DNA from: an uncultured delta proteobacterium
GTDB taxonomy: Bacteria; Myxococcota_A; Polyangia; Polyangiales; Polyangiaceae
Assembly (NCBI GenBank): GCA_963809955.1
Contig: CAWELQ010000010.1
Location: 54,667 to 118,666 of the forward strand
Direction: 5' to 3'
DNA: 64,000 nucleotides
The notes under the pieces were generated by a model. It had not been told where the DNA came from. It saw only the letters and a list, made by a program, of their open reading frames with translations, and made no database searches. Positions 38,450 to 48,226 of the stretch are shown here, piece after piece (the first letter of the stretch is position 1; each line of letters starts with the position of its first letter). Made by a program: the position numbers and the translations under genes.

Positions 38450-39907
38450 ATGTGCGGAGTCTTCGGAATCATCAACCACAACGAGGCGTCCAAGCTCACG
38501 CACCTCGGGCTACACGCCCTGCAACACCGCGGTCAAGAAAGCGCCGGAATCGTCACGAGCGATAATGGCCAGCTGATTCAGCATCGCGGCATGGGTTTGG
38601 TCCACGATGTGTTCCCGGAATCGCAGCTGGAGCGGCTGACCGGGCGCAGCGCAATCGGGCACGTACGCTACTCGACCGCGGGGCCTTCCGCGCTGAAGAA
38701 CGCTCAGCCGATCGCCGTCGATTACGCACGCGGCAGTCTGGCCGTCGCGCACAACGGTAACCTGACGAACGCCGAAGCGCTGCGCGAACGTCTGGAAGAG
38801 CGCGGTTCGATTTTCCAGAGCATGAGCGACACCGAAGTCATCGTGCACCTGATTGCGGCGAGCGTGCAACACACGGTCGAAGACCGCATCGCAGACGCGC
38901 TGAGCCAAGTCCGGGGAGCTTACTCGCTACTGTTTCTGACAGCGGACAAGATGATCGCGGTGCGCGATCCGCGCGGCATCCGTCCGCTCTGTCTGGGAGC
39001 ATTGCGCGGCAAGAACAACGTGCACGTCGTCGCGAGTGAACCCAGCAGCTTCGACCTGATCGATGCCGAATTCGTGCGCGACGTGGAGCCTGGCGAGATG
39101 CTGGTCTTCACAAAAGAGGGTGCGAAGAGCATGCGTCCGTTTTCCAGCATGCCTCGCAGCAACTGCATATTCGAGTACGTCTACTTCGCTCGCCCCGACG
39201 CCTCGTTGGATGGCGTCAGCGTCTACGAGGCGCGCAAGAATTTGGGACGAGCGCTCGCGGCCGAACACCCCGTCGATGCCGATGTCGTCATTCCCGTCCC
39301 CGACTCCGGCGTGCCTGCGACGATCGGCTATGCAGAAGCAGCAAAGATGCCGTTCGAAATGGGCTTGGTCCGTAGCCACTACGTCGGGCGCACGTTTATC
39401 GAGCCCTCACAGAGCATTCGCCATTTCGGGGTTCGCCTGAAGCTGAGCCCCATTTCGCGGCTGCTGGCCGGCAAGCGTGTCGTCGTAGTCGACGACAGCA
39501 TCGTGCGCGGCACCACCAGCCGCAAGATCGTCAAAATGCTGCGAGACGCGGGCGCTCGCGAGGTGCACATGCGCATCTCGAGCCCCCCCAACCAATGGCC
39601 CTGCTACTATGGGATCAACACCCCCACCCGCGCCGAACTGATCGCTTCATCCCACTCCGTGGAAGAGATCAATCAGTATATCACCAGTGATACTCTGGGC
39701 TACCTGAGCCTTTCGGCCATGAAGACGGCGGTGCTCGAATGTCAGCGTGGTGCCCAGGCACTCCCCAAGAATGGCAACGGCAAGCACCTGCCGGTCCTGG
39801 GGCCGTCGAATGCCGAAGACTTCTGCGACGCTTGTTGGAGCGGGAACTACCCGGTGCGCTTCGTGCCCCACGCCGGCCAGCGCCAGATGCGCCTTTTGGA
39901 CCTCTAG
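38450..39907 (+). CDS. purF: Amidophosphoribosyltransferase
   Basis: N-terminal MCGVFGI (Cys1 Ntn amidotransferase), PRPP-binding VVVVDDSIVRGTT, Fe-S Cys cluster near the C-terminus. Confidence 0.95.
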   Translation: MCGVFGIINHNEASKLTHLGLHALQHRGQESAGIVTSDNGQLIQHRGMGLVHDVFPESQLERLTGRSAIGHVRYSTAGPSALKNAQPIAVDYARGSLAVAHNGNLTNAEALRERLEERGSIFQSMSDTEVIVHLIAASVQHTVEDRIADALSQVRGAYSLLFLTADKMIAVRDPRGIRPLCLGALRGKNNVHVVASEPSSFDLIDAEFVRDVEPGEMLVFTKEGAKSMRPFSSMPRSNCIFEYVYFARPDASLDGVSVYEARKNLGRALAAEHPVDADVVIPVPDSGVPATIGYAEAAKMPFEMGLVRSHYVGRTFIEPSQSIRHFGVRLKLSPISRLLAGKRVVVVDDSIVRGTTSRKIVKMLRDAGAREVHMRISSPPNQWPCYYGINTPTRAELIASSHSVEEINQYITSDTLGYLSLSAMKTAVLECQRGAQALPKNGNGKHLPVLGPSNAEDFCDACWSGNYPVRFVPHAGQRQMRLLDL

Positions 39908-39967
39908 TGCCAGGCGGCTCGGGGGCGCGGTTTGGTAAGCGCTCCGGCTGGGCTACACTTGAAGAGC

Positions 39968-40891
39968 GTCATGCTCGACAAGCTCCCTGCCAGTGTTTCG
40001 GTGGTCGAAGTCTCGCCCCGCGACGGGCTGCAAAACGAAGCAGCCCCGATCGGTACCGATCAGAAGCTTTCCCTGGTAGAAGCGCTGGTCCAGAGCGGCC
40101 TCAAGCGCATCGAGCTGACGAGCTTCGTGTCGCCACGTTGGGTGCCGCAGCTGGCCGATGCCGAAGAGCTGGCGAGGCGCATACCGCGCCCGCCGGGCGT
40201 CGTGTTCGGCGCGCTTTGCCCCAACTCGAAGGGGCTGGAGCGGGCTCTGAGCGCGGGGCTCGAAGAGGTCGCGGTGTTCTTGTCTTCGAGCGAAACCCAC
40301 AACCGCAAGAATACCAACAAGAGCATCAAGACCTCGCTCGAGGCATTCGAAGAGGTCATCTCGGTGGCTCTCGAGGAACGAGTGCGCGTGCGGGCCTACA
40401 TCTCGACCGTCTGGGGCTGCCCCTACGAGGGGGAAACCGACCCGCACAAGGCGCTCGAGATCGCCCAACGGCTGCTCGACCTCGGCTGCTACCAGGTATC
40501 CCTCGGCGACACGATTGGGGTGGGCACGCCGCTGCAGACCCGGCGCATTTGCGAGTTATTCTTGGCGAAGATCGCCGCGCCCAAGCTTGCGCTGCACCTT
40601 CATGATACGCGAGGGACGGCACTCGCCAACGCGCTCGTTGGCTTGGAACTCGGCATCACCACGTTCGATGCCTCGGTAGCGGGCCTGGGTGGCTGCCCCT
40701 ACGCTCCCGGAGCAGCAGGCAATCTGGCCACCGAGGACCTCGTGTACATGCTGCACGGCATGGGGATTGAAACGGGGATCGATCTGGACCAGCTGATCGC
40801 CGCAGGGCACATCGCGGAAACCGTGGTCGGCCGCCGTTTGCCAGGCAAGGTGCACCAGGCCGGCCCCCCTCGCACTCGGGGTGGGAACTGA
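39968..40891 (+). CDS. Hydroxymethylglutaryl-CoA lyase
   Basis: VEVSPRDGLQNE, HDTRGTALAN, ...GLGGCPYAPGAAGN (DRE-TIM/HMGL motifs). Confidence 0.85.
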   Translation, partial: VMLDKLPASVSVVEVSPRDGLQNEAAPIGTDQKLSLVEALVQSGLKRIELTSFVSPRWVPQLADAEELARRIPRPPGVVFGALCPNSKGLERALSAGLEEVAVFLSSSETHNRKNTNKSIKTSLEAFEEVISVALEERVRVRAYISTVWGCPYEGETDPHKALEIAQRLLDLGCYQVSLGDTIGVGTPLQTRRICELFLAKIAAPKLALHLHDTRGTALANALVGLELGITTFDASVAGLGGCPYAPGAAGNLATEDLVYMLHGMGIETGIDLDQLIAAGHIAETVVGRRLPGKVHQAGPPRTRGGN

Positions 40892-40903
40892 CTCGTTGAA
40901 GCG

Positions 40904-41773
40904 CTATTTCGCGGGCGCTCGCTTGATCAAGACATGTTGCATGACCGGTGGATTGACCGCCCGATCGCCCATGGTCTCGGAAGACGCGAGCTTTTCGATC
41001 ACCGCGTCCGGAGCGCATTTGCCGAAAATAGTGTAGCCCCCGTCCAGGTGCGTCTTCTTCCCATCCATGATGAAGAACTGCATTCCGTTGGTGTTCGGAC
41101 CGCGGTTCGCCATACAAATGAGACCGCGCTCATCGTGCGAGGCACCCGGCCAGATCTCGTCCGGGATCACGTAGCCGGGTTCGCCTCTTCCGGTCCCAGT
41201 GGGATCACCGCCCTGGATCATGAAACCTTTGATGATGCGATGGAACACGGTCCCATCATAGGCCGGGCGCTTGACCCATGTGTCCGTCTTCGGATCTTTG
41301 AAAGGGCGTAACCCCCGCGCTAGACCAACGAAGTTGGCCACGGTGTTCGGCGCCTTATCGTCGTAGAGTTCGCATTCGAGCTTGCCCTGATCGGTCTGAA
41401 TCTCGGCCATGAGCTTGCCGGTACCTGGTAGGCCCTTGGTCGCGTCCGCAAGGGTGAACTTGCCGTTCAGCGGATCTCCCGATGTGGTCTTGGATTGACC
41501 CGCGGGACGATTGAGCGCTTTGCGCCCCAAGCGATCTTCGCGCAACCCGCTGGGCTCGAGTTTCTGCTTGTAGCGGCTGCTGAGCGCGTTCTGCAAACGC
41601 TCACGCTTCGCCTGACTCGCTGAGTCTTGCGCGGAGCCCCGCTCAGCTTCGGCCTCTGGTTCCTTCTTGATCGGCTCGGGCGTGGGTTCGGGTGGTGACG
41701 ATTTGCAAGCAGCGAGCAGCAGCGGCGCAAGAAGGATGGTCCACGTGCTCAGGGTGCGGTGATTGTGCTTCAT
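40904..41773 (-). CDS. Peptidyl-prolyl cis-trans isomerase, cyclophilin type (lipoprotein)
   Basis: Signal LLAPLLLAACKSS; FHRIIKGFMIQGGD, MANRGPNTNGMQFFI. Confidence 0.85.
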   Translation of the reverse strand: MKHNHRTLSTWTILLAPLLLAACKSSPPEPTPEPIKKEPEAEAERGSAQDSASQAKRERLQNALSSRYKQKLEPSGLREDRLGRKALNRPAGQSKTTSGDPLNGKFTLADATKGLPGTGKLMAEIQTDQGKLECELYDDKAPNTVANFVGLARGLRPFKDPKTDTWVKRPAYDGTVFHRIIKGFMIQGGDPTGTGRGEPGYVIPDEIWPGASHDERGLICMANRGPNTNGMQFFIMDGKKTHLDGGYTIFGKCAPDAVIEKLASSETMGDRAVNPPVMQHVLIKRAPAK

Positions 41774-41811
41774 GACGTGATCCTCGAGACAGTCGTGCGG
41801 TGATGGATTTT

Positions 41812-42525
41812 CTACCGCTCGATTTCGACCTTCTGGCCCGCGAACACTCCGTGCTTGCGCGTCCATCCGGCATTGACTTCCAACACATGCGCGGCTGGGC
41901 AGTGGACACTGCGAGCCGCCAGGTTGAGCGTCGGGACGTTCTCCAGTATTCCCGCGATGTAGTTTTCATCGTCAATGAACAACATGTCGAGCGGAATACA
42001 GGTGTTCTTCATCCAGAACGAGCGAGGACGCGCGCGGGGCCAGGAAAATAGCATGCCCTGATCGTCCTCGAGCTCCGTGCGGTACATCAACCCACGGGTT
42101 TTTGCATCGGTGGTGAGGGCGAGTTCGACATGAATGCGCGGGTTGCCCGGCGCGTCGGGAAAGGCAACGGTTCCGGAACCCACCTCGGGCGCGTTTCCCG
42201 GGTCCTTCGGGCAGTCCTTGGCAGGCCCGACCGCCGCTGGGGGCTCGGCAGGGGCAGGCACCACGCAACGCGCACCCACAGGCGGCACCGAGCCCGTGAC
42301 ACGCCCCGCGGAAGCGCCCCGCTGAGTGCTCGACACCGCCGCTGTGACTTTGTGGTCATGGCTCTCCGGGCCAAGCGGAGCACTCGCTCTGGCCGCAGTG
42401 CCCGCAGCGCCTTGCGCATCGGAGCGCGTGCAACCAAAGAGACCGGCAGCAACGGCCACGAGCAGCCATCCATGGTCGAGAGCGCCTCGAGCGACGCGAC
42501 TTGTGGGCCAGCTCGGGGCCTTCAT
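41812..42525 (-). CDS. DUF192-domain secreted protein
   Basis: C-terminal LEDDQGMLFSWPRARPRSFWMKNTCIPLDMLFID...AHVLEVNAGW matches DUF192 (COG1430). Confidence 0.65.
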   Translation of the reverse strand: MKAPSWPTSRVARGALDHGWLLVAVAAGLFGCTRSDAQGAAGTAARASAPLGPESHDHKVTAAVSSTQRGASAGRVTGSVPPVGARCVVPAPAEPPAAVGPAKDCPKDPGNAPEVGSGTVAFPDAPGNPRIHVELALTTDAKTRGLMYRTELEDDQGMLFSWPRARPRSFWMKNTCIPLDMLFIDDENYIAGILENVPTLNLAARSVHCPAAHVLEVNAGWTRKHGVFAGQKVEIER

Positions 42526-42590
42526 GACAGGCGCTTCATAGCACGATATGCCTGGGCGCCCCCCATCTGTCGAGCTATGCTTGTTCGAGC

Positions 42591-43163
42591 ATGCGTTGGG
42601 GCGCAAAACAGCTTGTGTTTTTGGTGACTTTTCTGGGCGCTTGTGGCGGTCAGACCAGGCACGGTGGCAGCGACGACGTATCGACCTCTTCGGACGGCGG
42701 GTCTGCCACCACGGGGGTCGGCGGCAGCCAGGTGCTTCCCGACGCCGAGCCCGACGCGGACCTCGATGCCGGGATGGACGCGTCCGAAGACGTGGTCTCC
42801 GACTACATGGACCCTGGCTGCCCCGATGCCGAGGCGCCTCCCCCCGTCTACGAGTGCGACCCCCTCGCCGAAGACTCGGGCTGCGAACCGGGCCTCGCCT
42901 GCTACCCCTTCATCGACCGACCGGGTGGTGGCGGCTGCGATTTCGAACAGTACGGCGCCGTCTGTGTCGCTCCGGGAGCCGTGCACGCAGGGGAACGCTG
43001 CGGCCAGGACTTCGGTTGGTGTGCGGCAGGCCTTCTGTGTGTGGTCGGTGCGCTGCCCGGCGCGCGCTGCCTCGAGCTATGCGATCCTTATGGGCCGGAT
43101 ACGTGCATGGGCGGCCTGGTCTGTGCGCCCGTCGACATCGAAGGATACGGCGTATGCGGCTGA
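42591..43163 (+). CDS. Small Cys-rich lipoprotein
   Basis: LVTFLGACGGQ lipobox; about 16 Cys in 160 mature residues (CPDAEAPPPVYECDP...CEPGLACYPF...); acidic N-terminal segment. Confidence 0.55.
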   Translation: MRWGAKQLVFLVTFLGACGGQTRHGGSDDVSTSSDGGSATTGVGGSQVLPDAEPDADLDAGMDASEDVVSDYMDPGCPDAEAPPPVYECDPLAEDSGCEPGLACYPFIDRPGGGGCDFEQYGAVCVAPGAVHAGERCGQDFGWCAAGLLCVVGALPGARCLELCDPYGPDTCMGGLVCAPVDIEGYGVCG

Positions 43164-44743
43164 TGCGGCGCGCGCGATCTGGCTTGCGCCGCTGGCTGAG
43201 TGCATCGCTGTGGCTGGGGGCGTCGCTTGTCGGCTGCGGCGCCCGGACCACTCTCGATCTCGAAGAGGACGAGCCGGACGCCACGCCGCCAGCCGAGTGC
43301 CTATTCGACGAAGATTGCCCAACGACCGATCGCTGTCAGCCCATGGTGTGCAACCAGGGCATGTGCGAGACCGGAGCTGCCGTCTCGTGCGATGACGGCG
43401 ATTCGTGCACCGAAGACAGCTGTGACCCCGCTACCGGAGCGTGCCGCTTCCGCGCCCTTGCTTTCGACCAGGATGGCGATGGCTTCAAGGGGCCCCGCGC
43501 CGGCTTCGCGCCAGGCAGCGAAGGTTCGTGCGGCAACGACTGCGACGACACCAGTCCAGATGCATTCCCGGGTGGCCAGGAAATCTGCGACGGCGTCGAC
43601 AATGACTGCAACGGAGTGATCGACGACGGCGCCGGCTACCAGCGGGTGTCGTCCGAGCCGTGGCGGCTTTCACACGACGACGACAGTCGCTCCGGAGCGG
43701 CCAGCCTCACCTACGATGGCGAGCACTGGGCCGTCGCCTTGTGGGCCGATCACACGCGGCGCGAGTTTCGATTTCTGAGCCTGTCTCCGGACGGCACCGT
43801 GCAGGTGGAAACGCCGCTCACCAATCACAACGGGGGCAGCTACGGGGGCCCCATCGTCTGGACCGGGTCCGTGTTCGGCACCGCCTGGCCAGACAACAGG
43901 CAGGATCAGAGCATCGACGTCTACTTCAACCTCTTGGATCGCAAGGGTGCCAAGCTGGGGCCCGATCTTCGCGTGACCGCCACCCCGGAGTTTTCCACCG
44001 ATCCGATCGTGCGTTACGATGGTAGCGAGTGGGTCGTCTTTTGGGGCGAGTCCGACAGCGGCTTTCGCTCTCTCAAGGCGCAGCACATCAGCACCGACAG
44101 CGAGCTCTTGGGCGATCCGGTCACGGTAAGCCCGCCCGGGGTGTTCGCGGATCTGGCTTCGCTGGACTTCGGCACCGAACGCTTGGGCGTGGCCTTCCAA
44201 TCCGTGGACCCGTTCGACCCAGGCGCCATCGGCACGCTCAATTTCATGAGCCTCTCGCAGGACCTGTCGGGGGAGCCCACCTTGATCGCCGTCGATTCGA
44301 ACCCTGGCGGTCACCAGGTGCGCCACGTCGCGGACCGTTTCATCTTGGTCTGGTCGCAGTACGATGGGGCCGCAGCAGGCGAGTACGTGTACGGAGCCAC
44401 TTTCGACGAGTTCGGTAACCCCCTCGAACCCAAGACACCGCTGACACCGGGCGGCAAACGCGCGCGCTCTCCTTCGTTGCTCCCACTGGGAGACCGTGCC
44501 CTGCTGTTTTGGGCGGACCAAGTCGAGGAGGGCAACTACGAGTTGTACGTCAAGACCATCGACCGCAACCTCAACGAGCTGAGCCCCCCCGAACGGCTCA
44601 CTTTTGCGGGGGCCAACAGCCTCGGCCCCGTGGCGGCGTTTGGTCCGAATGGTCAGGTCGGCGTCGTCTTCGAGGACTACCGAGACGGTGGGCCACAAGC
44701 GTTCATGCTGCGGCTCGAGTGCGTACCACTGGCGCTCGAGTAG
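43163..44743 (+). CDS. Lipoprotein with N-terminal myxobacterial putative metal-binding Cys repeats plus C-terminal beta-rich (propeller-like) domain
   Basis: SLVGCGART lipobox; repeats ...CNQGMCETGAAVSCDDGDSCTEDSCD... and CGNDCDDTSPDAFPGGQEICDGVDNDCNGVIDDG (DCDD...PG..E.CDG.DNDC.G..DE pattern). ATG overlaps the upstream stop (TGATG). The upstream 205 codons of the 731-aa ORF are rejected. Confidence 0.6.
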   Translation: MRRARSGLRRWLSASLWLGASLVGCGARTTLDLEEDEPDATPPAECLFDEDCPTTDRCQPMVCNQGMCETGAAVSCDDGDSCTEDSCDPATGACRFRALAFDQDGDGFKGPRAGFAPGSEGSCGNDCDDTSPDAFPGGQEICDGVDNDCNGVIDDGAGYQRVSSEPWRLSHDDDSRSGAASLTYDGEHWAVALWADHTRREFRFLSLSPDGTVQVETPLTNHNGGSYGGPIVWTGSVFGTAWPDNRQDQSIDVYFNLLDRKGAKLGPDLRVTATPEFSTDPIVRYDGSEWVVFWGESDSGFRSLKAQHISTDSELLGDPVTVSPPGVFADLASLDFGTERLGVAFQSVDPFDPGAIGTLNFMSLSQDLSGEPTLIAVDSNPGGHQVRHVADRFILVWSQYDGAAAGEYVYGATFDEFGNPLEPKTPLTPGGKRARSPSLLPLGDRALLFWADQVEEGNYELYVKTIDRNLNELSPPERLTFAGANSLGPVAAFGPNGQVGVVFEDYRDGGPQAFMLRLECVPLALE

Positions 44744-45143
44744 CTCGGCCCTGGCGCTCGATGCCAGATGAGCGAGCGCGATTCGAGATCGCGAAAAATG
44801 GGCAACGGCCAATGAGTCGAGCAGAGGAGCGCGATTTGAAGGATTTTCGGGCCCTCACTGAAGACGGCCCCGAGCACTCACGAAGCCGCAGCGGCCGGCA
44901 CTGTTCCAGGCACTGAATACCGTCGACCAAGCGGAGTGTGTCCGGCGGGCCGGAGCCGCTCTCGCAAGACCGAAACCACCCGTGATCCGCCAACCAAGTC
45001 CACAGTTTCGCCCGCCCTGCCGCCCCATCCCCCGTGGCCCGGTTACTCCGCACCGGAGCAACGGCATTCATCCCGGCTACGCGCAATCGCTCGAAAGGGC
45101 GTAGCATTCCTCGGCTAGGAATCAGCTCGAGAGAGAGTGCCCC

Positions 45144-48140
45144 GTGCCGCCAAGAAAGCCACACCGACAACAGAAGAAGAGCGTCCGCGCGGGTGGGCAG
45201 CGGCGCCCCCCCGCGCGGAAAGACGCCACTGCTCGACCGAACGCCAGCGCAGCTGCACCCGAAGCCCCTGCGGATACGGCGTTGCCACCCTTCGTCTTTT
45301 ACACCGTAGGGATCGGTGCTTCCGCCGGAGGCCTCGAGGCTCTCGAGGCTTTCTTCGGTGCAACACCTGCAGATAGCGGATGCGCGTTCGTCGTCGTGAC
45401 ACACCAGCCGGCGCACCATGTTTCGCTGCTGCCCGATCTCCTCGCGCGGCACACCGAGATGAACGTCGAGCTCCTTCGCGACGGGATGCCGGTGCACCCC
45501 AATCACGTCTACGTCAGCCCACCAGGTGAGTACGTGACGATTGTCGAGGGGCGGCTAAGAACAACGGTTGCAGATAACGACATCCATTTACCAATCGACC
45601 ATTTCTTTCGCTCGCTCGCCAGGGACCGACGCGAGCGAGCAGTGTGTGTAGTGCTGTCTGGTACGGGCACCGACGGCACGCTCGGTTTGCGTGAGATCAA
45701 GGGGGAGTCGGGTATGGTGATGGTTCAAGACGAGAACTCGGCACAGTATGCGGGAATGCCGCTGAGCGCCGCCGCAACTGGGCTGGTCGACTATGTCCTG
45801 CCGCCCGAACGGATGCCCGCGCAGATCCTACAGTATGCGCGAGCGAACAACCACGTAGACGCGCCCGAGATGATCGAGGCGCAGCTACCTGGCGCCCTCG
45901 AAAAGATCTTCGTCATTCTTCGCAACCGCACTGGCCACGACTTCGGCGGTTACAAGGTCGAAACGATGCGCCGTCGCATCGAGCGGCGCATCCGTGTCCA
46001 TCTGCTCGCTCAACCTCTGGATTACGTGCGCTTTCTCGAAACACACCCGCACGAGCTGGGTCTGCTCTTCCAAGAATTGCTGATCGGCGTGACCAGCTTC
46101 TTTCGTGATCCGGAAGCCTTCGATGCGCTAGGGATTGCACTCGAGCAGCTGGTGACGGAGAGACCAGAAGACGTCCCACTGCGGGTGTGGGTACCTGGGT
46201 GCTCCACAGGAGAGGAAGCTTATTCGATCGGAATCCTGGCAACCGAGATCGCCGCGCGCTTTCGCAAGGGGCTGAGCGTACAGATTTTCGCGAGTGATCT
46301 CGATGCCGAGGCCATCGAGCTTGCCAGAGTAGGGACGTACGCGGAAGGAATTGCCGCCGATCTTGGTCCTGTTCGTCTCGAGCGCTTTTTTGTTCGCAAG
46401 GGCAATCGCTATCAAATCCGGAAAGAGGTGCGAGAAGCCGTGGTCTTCGCAGTCCACGACCTCATCAAGGATCCGCCGTTTACCAAGCTCGACGTCATTT
46501 CCTGCAGGAACCTCTTGATCTACCTGAAACCGGAGGTTCAGAAGCGCCTGATTCCAATATTCCATTATGCGTTGAACCCCGGTGGCCTGTTGCTTCTCGG
46601 AACGTCTGAGTCAACGGGGGGCTTCGACCAGCTGTTCAGGGCGGTCGATCGCAAGTGCCGACTCTACGAGCGTCAACCCAATGCCACCACTACCTTTCGG
46701 CTTGCTCTACCAATCTCGCGGCCGCCAAAGACGCTGACGGCAGCGACTGCCCCCGCCGAGCCGGTTGCACTCGGGGTACCAGAGTCGGTGGCGAAGCTGC
46801 TTATGACGCGCTTTGCCCCGCCGACGGTCATTGCCAACGAACGAGGAGAAATCGCTTACACGCATGGACGAACAGGCCCGTATCTCGAACTGAACATCGG
46901 GGAGCCACGGGCCAATCTGTTTGCGATGGCACGAGGTGATCTGCGGCACGCACTGCCATCAGCGGTGCGTGCCGCATCGCTCGATGACAGCGAGGTCTTG
47001 CGCACACACCTGAAAATCGTCTCGCACACAGGAGAATCGCAGAGCGTGAATCTCAGCGTTCAGCGGATTACTGATCCTGAACCCATACGAGGCCTCTTCC
47101 GCGTGACCTTCGAGGCCACGCAGGAGAAACGCGCCGCCATGACTGGAAAGTCCAGACGAAAGCCGCTCAGCCGCTCGAAGGAAGCGGACCTCGAGGAAGA
47201 GCTCGAACGCACGCGCGGGACGCTGCAGCAAACCGTCGAGGAATTCGAGACGTCCAACCAGGAACTCAAGTCCGCGAACGAGGAGCTGCAATCCATGAAC
47301 GAGGAGCTGCAGAGCTCCAACGAAGAGCTCGAGACTTCCAGGGAAGAGCTCCAATCGCTCAACGAGGAGCTGCAGACTGTCAATGCGGAGTATCAGACGA
47401 AACTGGAACAGCTCGGGCGCGCCAAGGACGACATGCAGAACCTGCTCAACAGCACCGATATCGCAACGCTCTTTCTCGATTGCGAGCTCAAGATCCAGAG
47501 CTTCACGGAGCAGACCCGAGACGTTATCAGCGTGATCCCGAGCGACGTCGGTCGGCCGGTCGCTGATTTCGCGTCTCGCCTTCGTTATCATCGAATGGCC
47601 GAAGACGCGCGGCAGGTGCTCGCAACACTCGTACCGCACGAAGTCGAAGTGCAAACCACCGAAGGAAAATGGCGGCTGTTGCGCATGCTCCCCTACCGAA
47701 CTTCTGAGAACGTGATTGACGGCGTAGTGGTCACCTTCGTGGACGTCGATCGCGTCAAGCGAGCCGAACTTCTTGCAGCATCCCGCGCGTTTGCTCAAGG
47801 GATCGTGCAAACGGTGCGCGAGCCGCTCGTCGTGCTCGACGGCAGCCTGCGAATCGTGTCCGCGAATAGAGCGTTTATCGAGCTCTTCGGGCTGTCACTA
47901 GAAGGCCCATTCGAGCGCCGCTCGCTATTCGACGTCGGGGGCGATTTCTTTGCGCTCCCGCGACTCCGAGCTTTGCTCGATGAAGTCGTGACATCGGGCA
48001 GCGCGTTCCAGGATTTCCAAGTAGAACATACCTTTGGCGAAACGAAGCGGCGAATCCTGCTGAATGCGCGCCGACTCGAGAGTGAAGCAGCGACGCCAGG
48101 CCACATTCTGCTTGCCCTTGGCGACGTGACAGCACGTTAG
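45144..48140 (+). CDS. CheB methylesterase - CheR methyltransferase - coiled coil - PAS fusion protein
   Basis: CheB: IGASAGGLEAL, GTGTDGT. CheR: VWVPGCSTGEEAYSIGIL (SAM site). Heptad block NQELKSANEELQSMNEELQSSNEELETSREELQSLNEELQ; two PAS-like modules flanking/after. Confidence 0.88.
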   Translation: MPPRKPHRQQKKSVRAGGQRRPPARKDATARPNASAAAPEAPADTALPPFVFYTVGIGASAGGLEALEAFFGATPADSGCAFVVVTHQPAHHVSLLPDLLARHTEMNVELLRDGMPVHPNHVYVSPPGEYVTIVEGRLRTTVADNDIHLPIDHFFRSLARDRRERAVCVVLSGTGTDGTLGLREIKGESGMVMVQDENSAQYAGMPLSAAATGLVDYVLPPERMPAQILQYARANNHVDAPEMIEAQLPGALEKIFVILRNRTGHDFGGYKVETMRRRIERRIRVHLLAQPLDYVRFLETHPHELGLLFQELLIGVTSFFRDPEAFDALGIALEQLVTERPEDVPLRVWVPGCSTGEEAYSIGILATEIAARFRKGLSVQIFASDLDAEAIELARVGTYAEGIAADLGPVRLERFFVRKGNRYQIRKEVREAVVFAVHDLIKDPPFTKLDVISCRNLLIYLKPEVQKRLIPIFHYALNPGGLLLLGTSESTGGFDQLFRAVDRKCRLYERQPNATTTFRLALPISRPPKTLTAATAPAEPVALGVPESVAKLLMTRFAPPTVIANERGEIAYTHGRTGPYLELNIGEPRANLFAMARGDLRHALPSAVRAASLDDSEVLRTHLKIVSHTGESQSVNLSVQRITDPEPIRGLFRVTFEATQEKRAAMTGKSRRKPLSRSKEADLEEELERTRGTLQQTVEEFETSNQELKSANEELQSMNEELQSSNEELETSREELQSLNEELQTVNAEYQTKLEQLGRAKDDMQNLLNSTDIATLFLDCELKIQSFTEQTRDVISVIPSDVGRPVADFASRLRYHRMAEDARQVLATLVPHEVEVQTTEGKWRLLRMLPYRTSENVIDGVVVTFVDVDRVKRAELLAASRAFAQGIVQTVREPLVVLDGSLRIVSANRAFIELFGLSLEGPFERRSLFDVGGDFFALPRLRALLDEVVTSGSAFQDFQVEHTFGETKRRILLNARRLESEAATPGHILLALGDVTAR

Positions 48141-48226
48141 CATGGGCATTTTCGTCGCTGGAGTTATCGACGACGCAGGCTTATGATCCGTTCACGGGCG
48201 GGGTTCACGGCCGGAGGCGGTAGAAG

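Noticed and set aside
42548-43162. First 205 codons of the 731-aa ORF
   Set aside because: Extreme Arg content with no domain; the same DNA encodes a plausible Cys-rich lipoprotein in another frame, and the real second gene starts at the TGATG overlap at 43163
44703-45506. 267-aa minus-strand ORF spanning the lipoprotein/CheBR spacer
   Set aside because: No motifs; overlaps the 3' end of a supported gene and the 5' end of another; composition looks like non-coding GC-rich translation. The 400-bp spacer is more likely promoter/leader for the CheBR-HK operon
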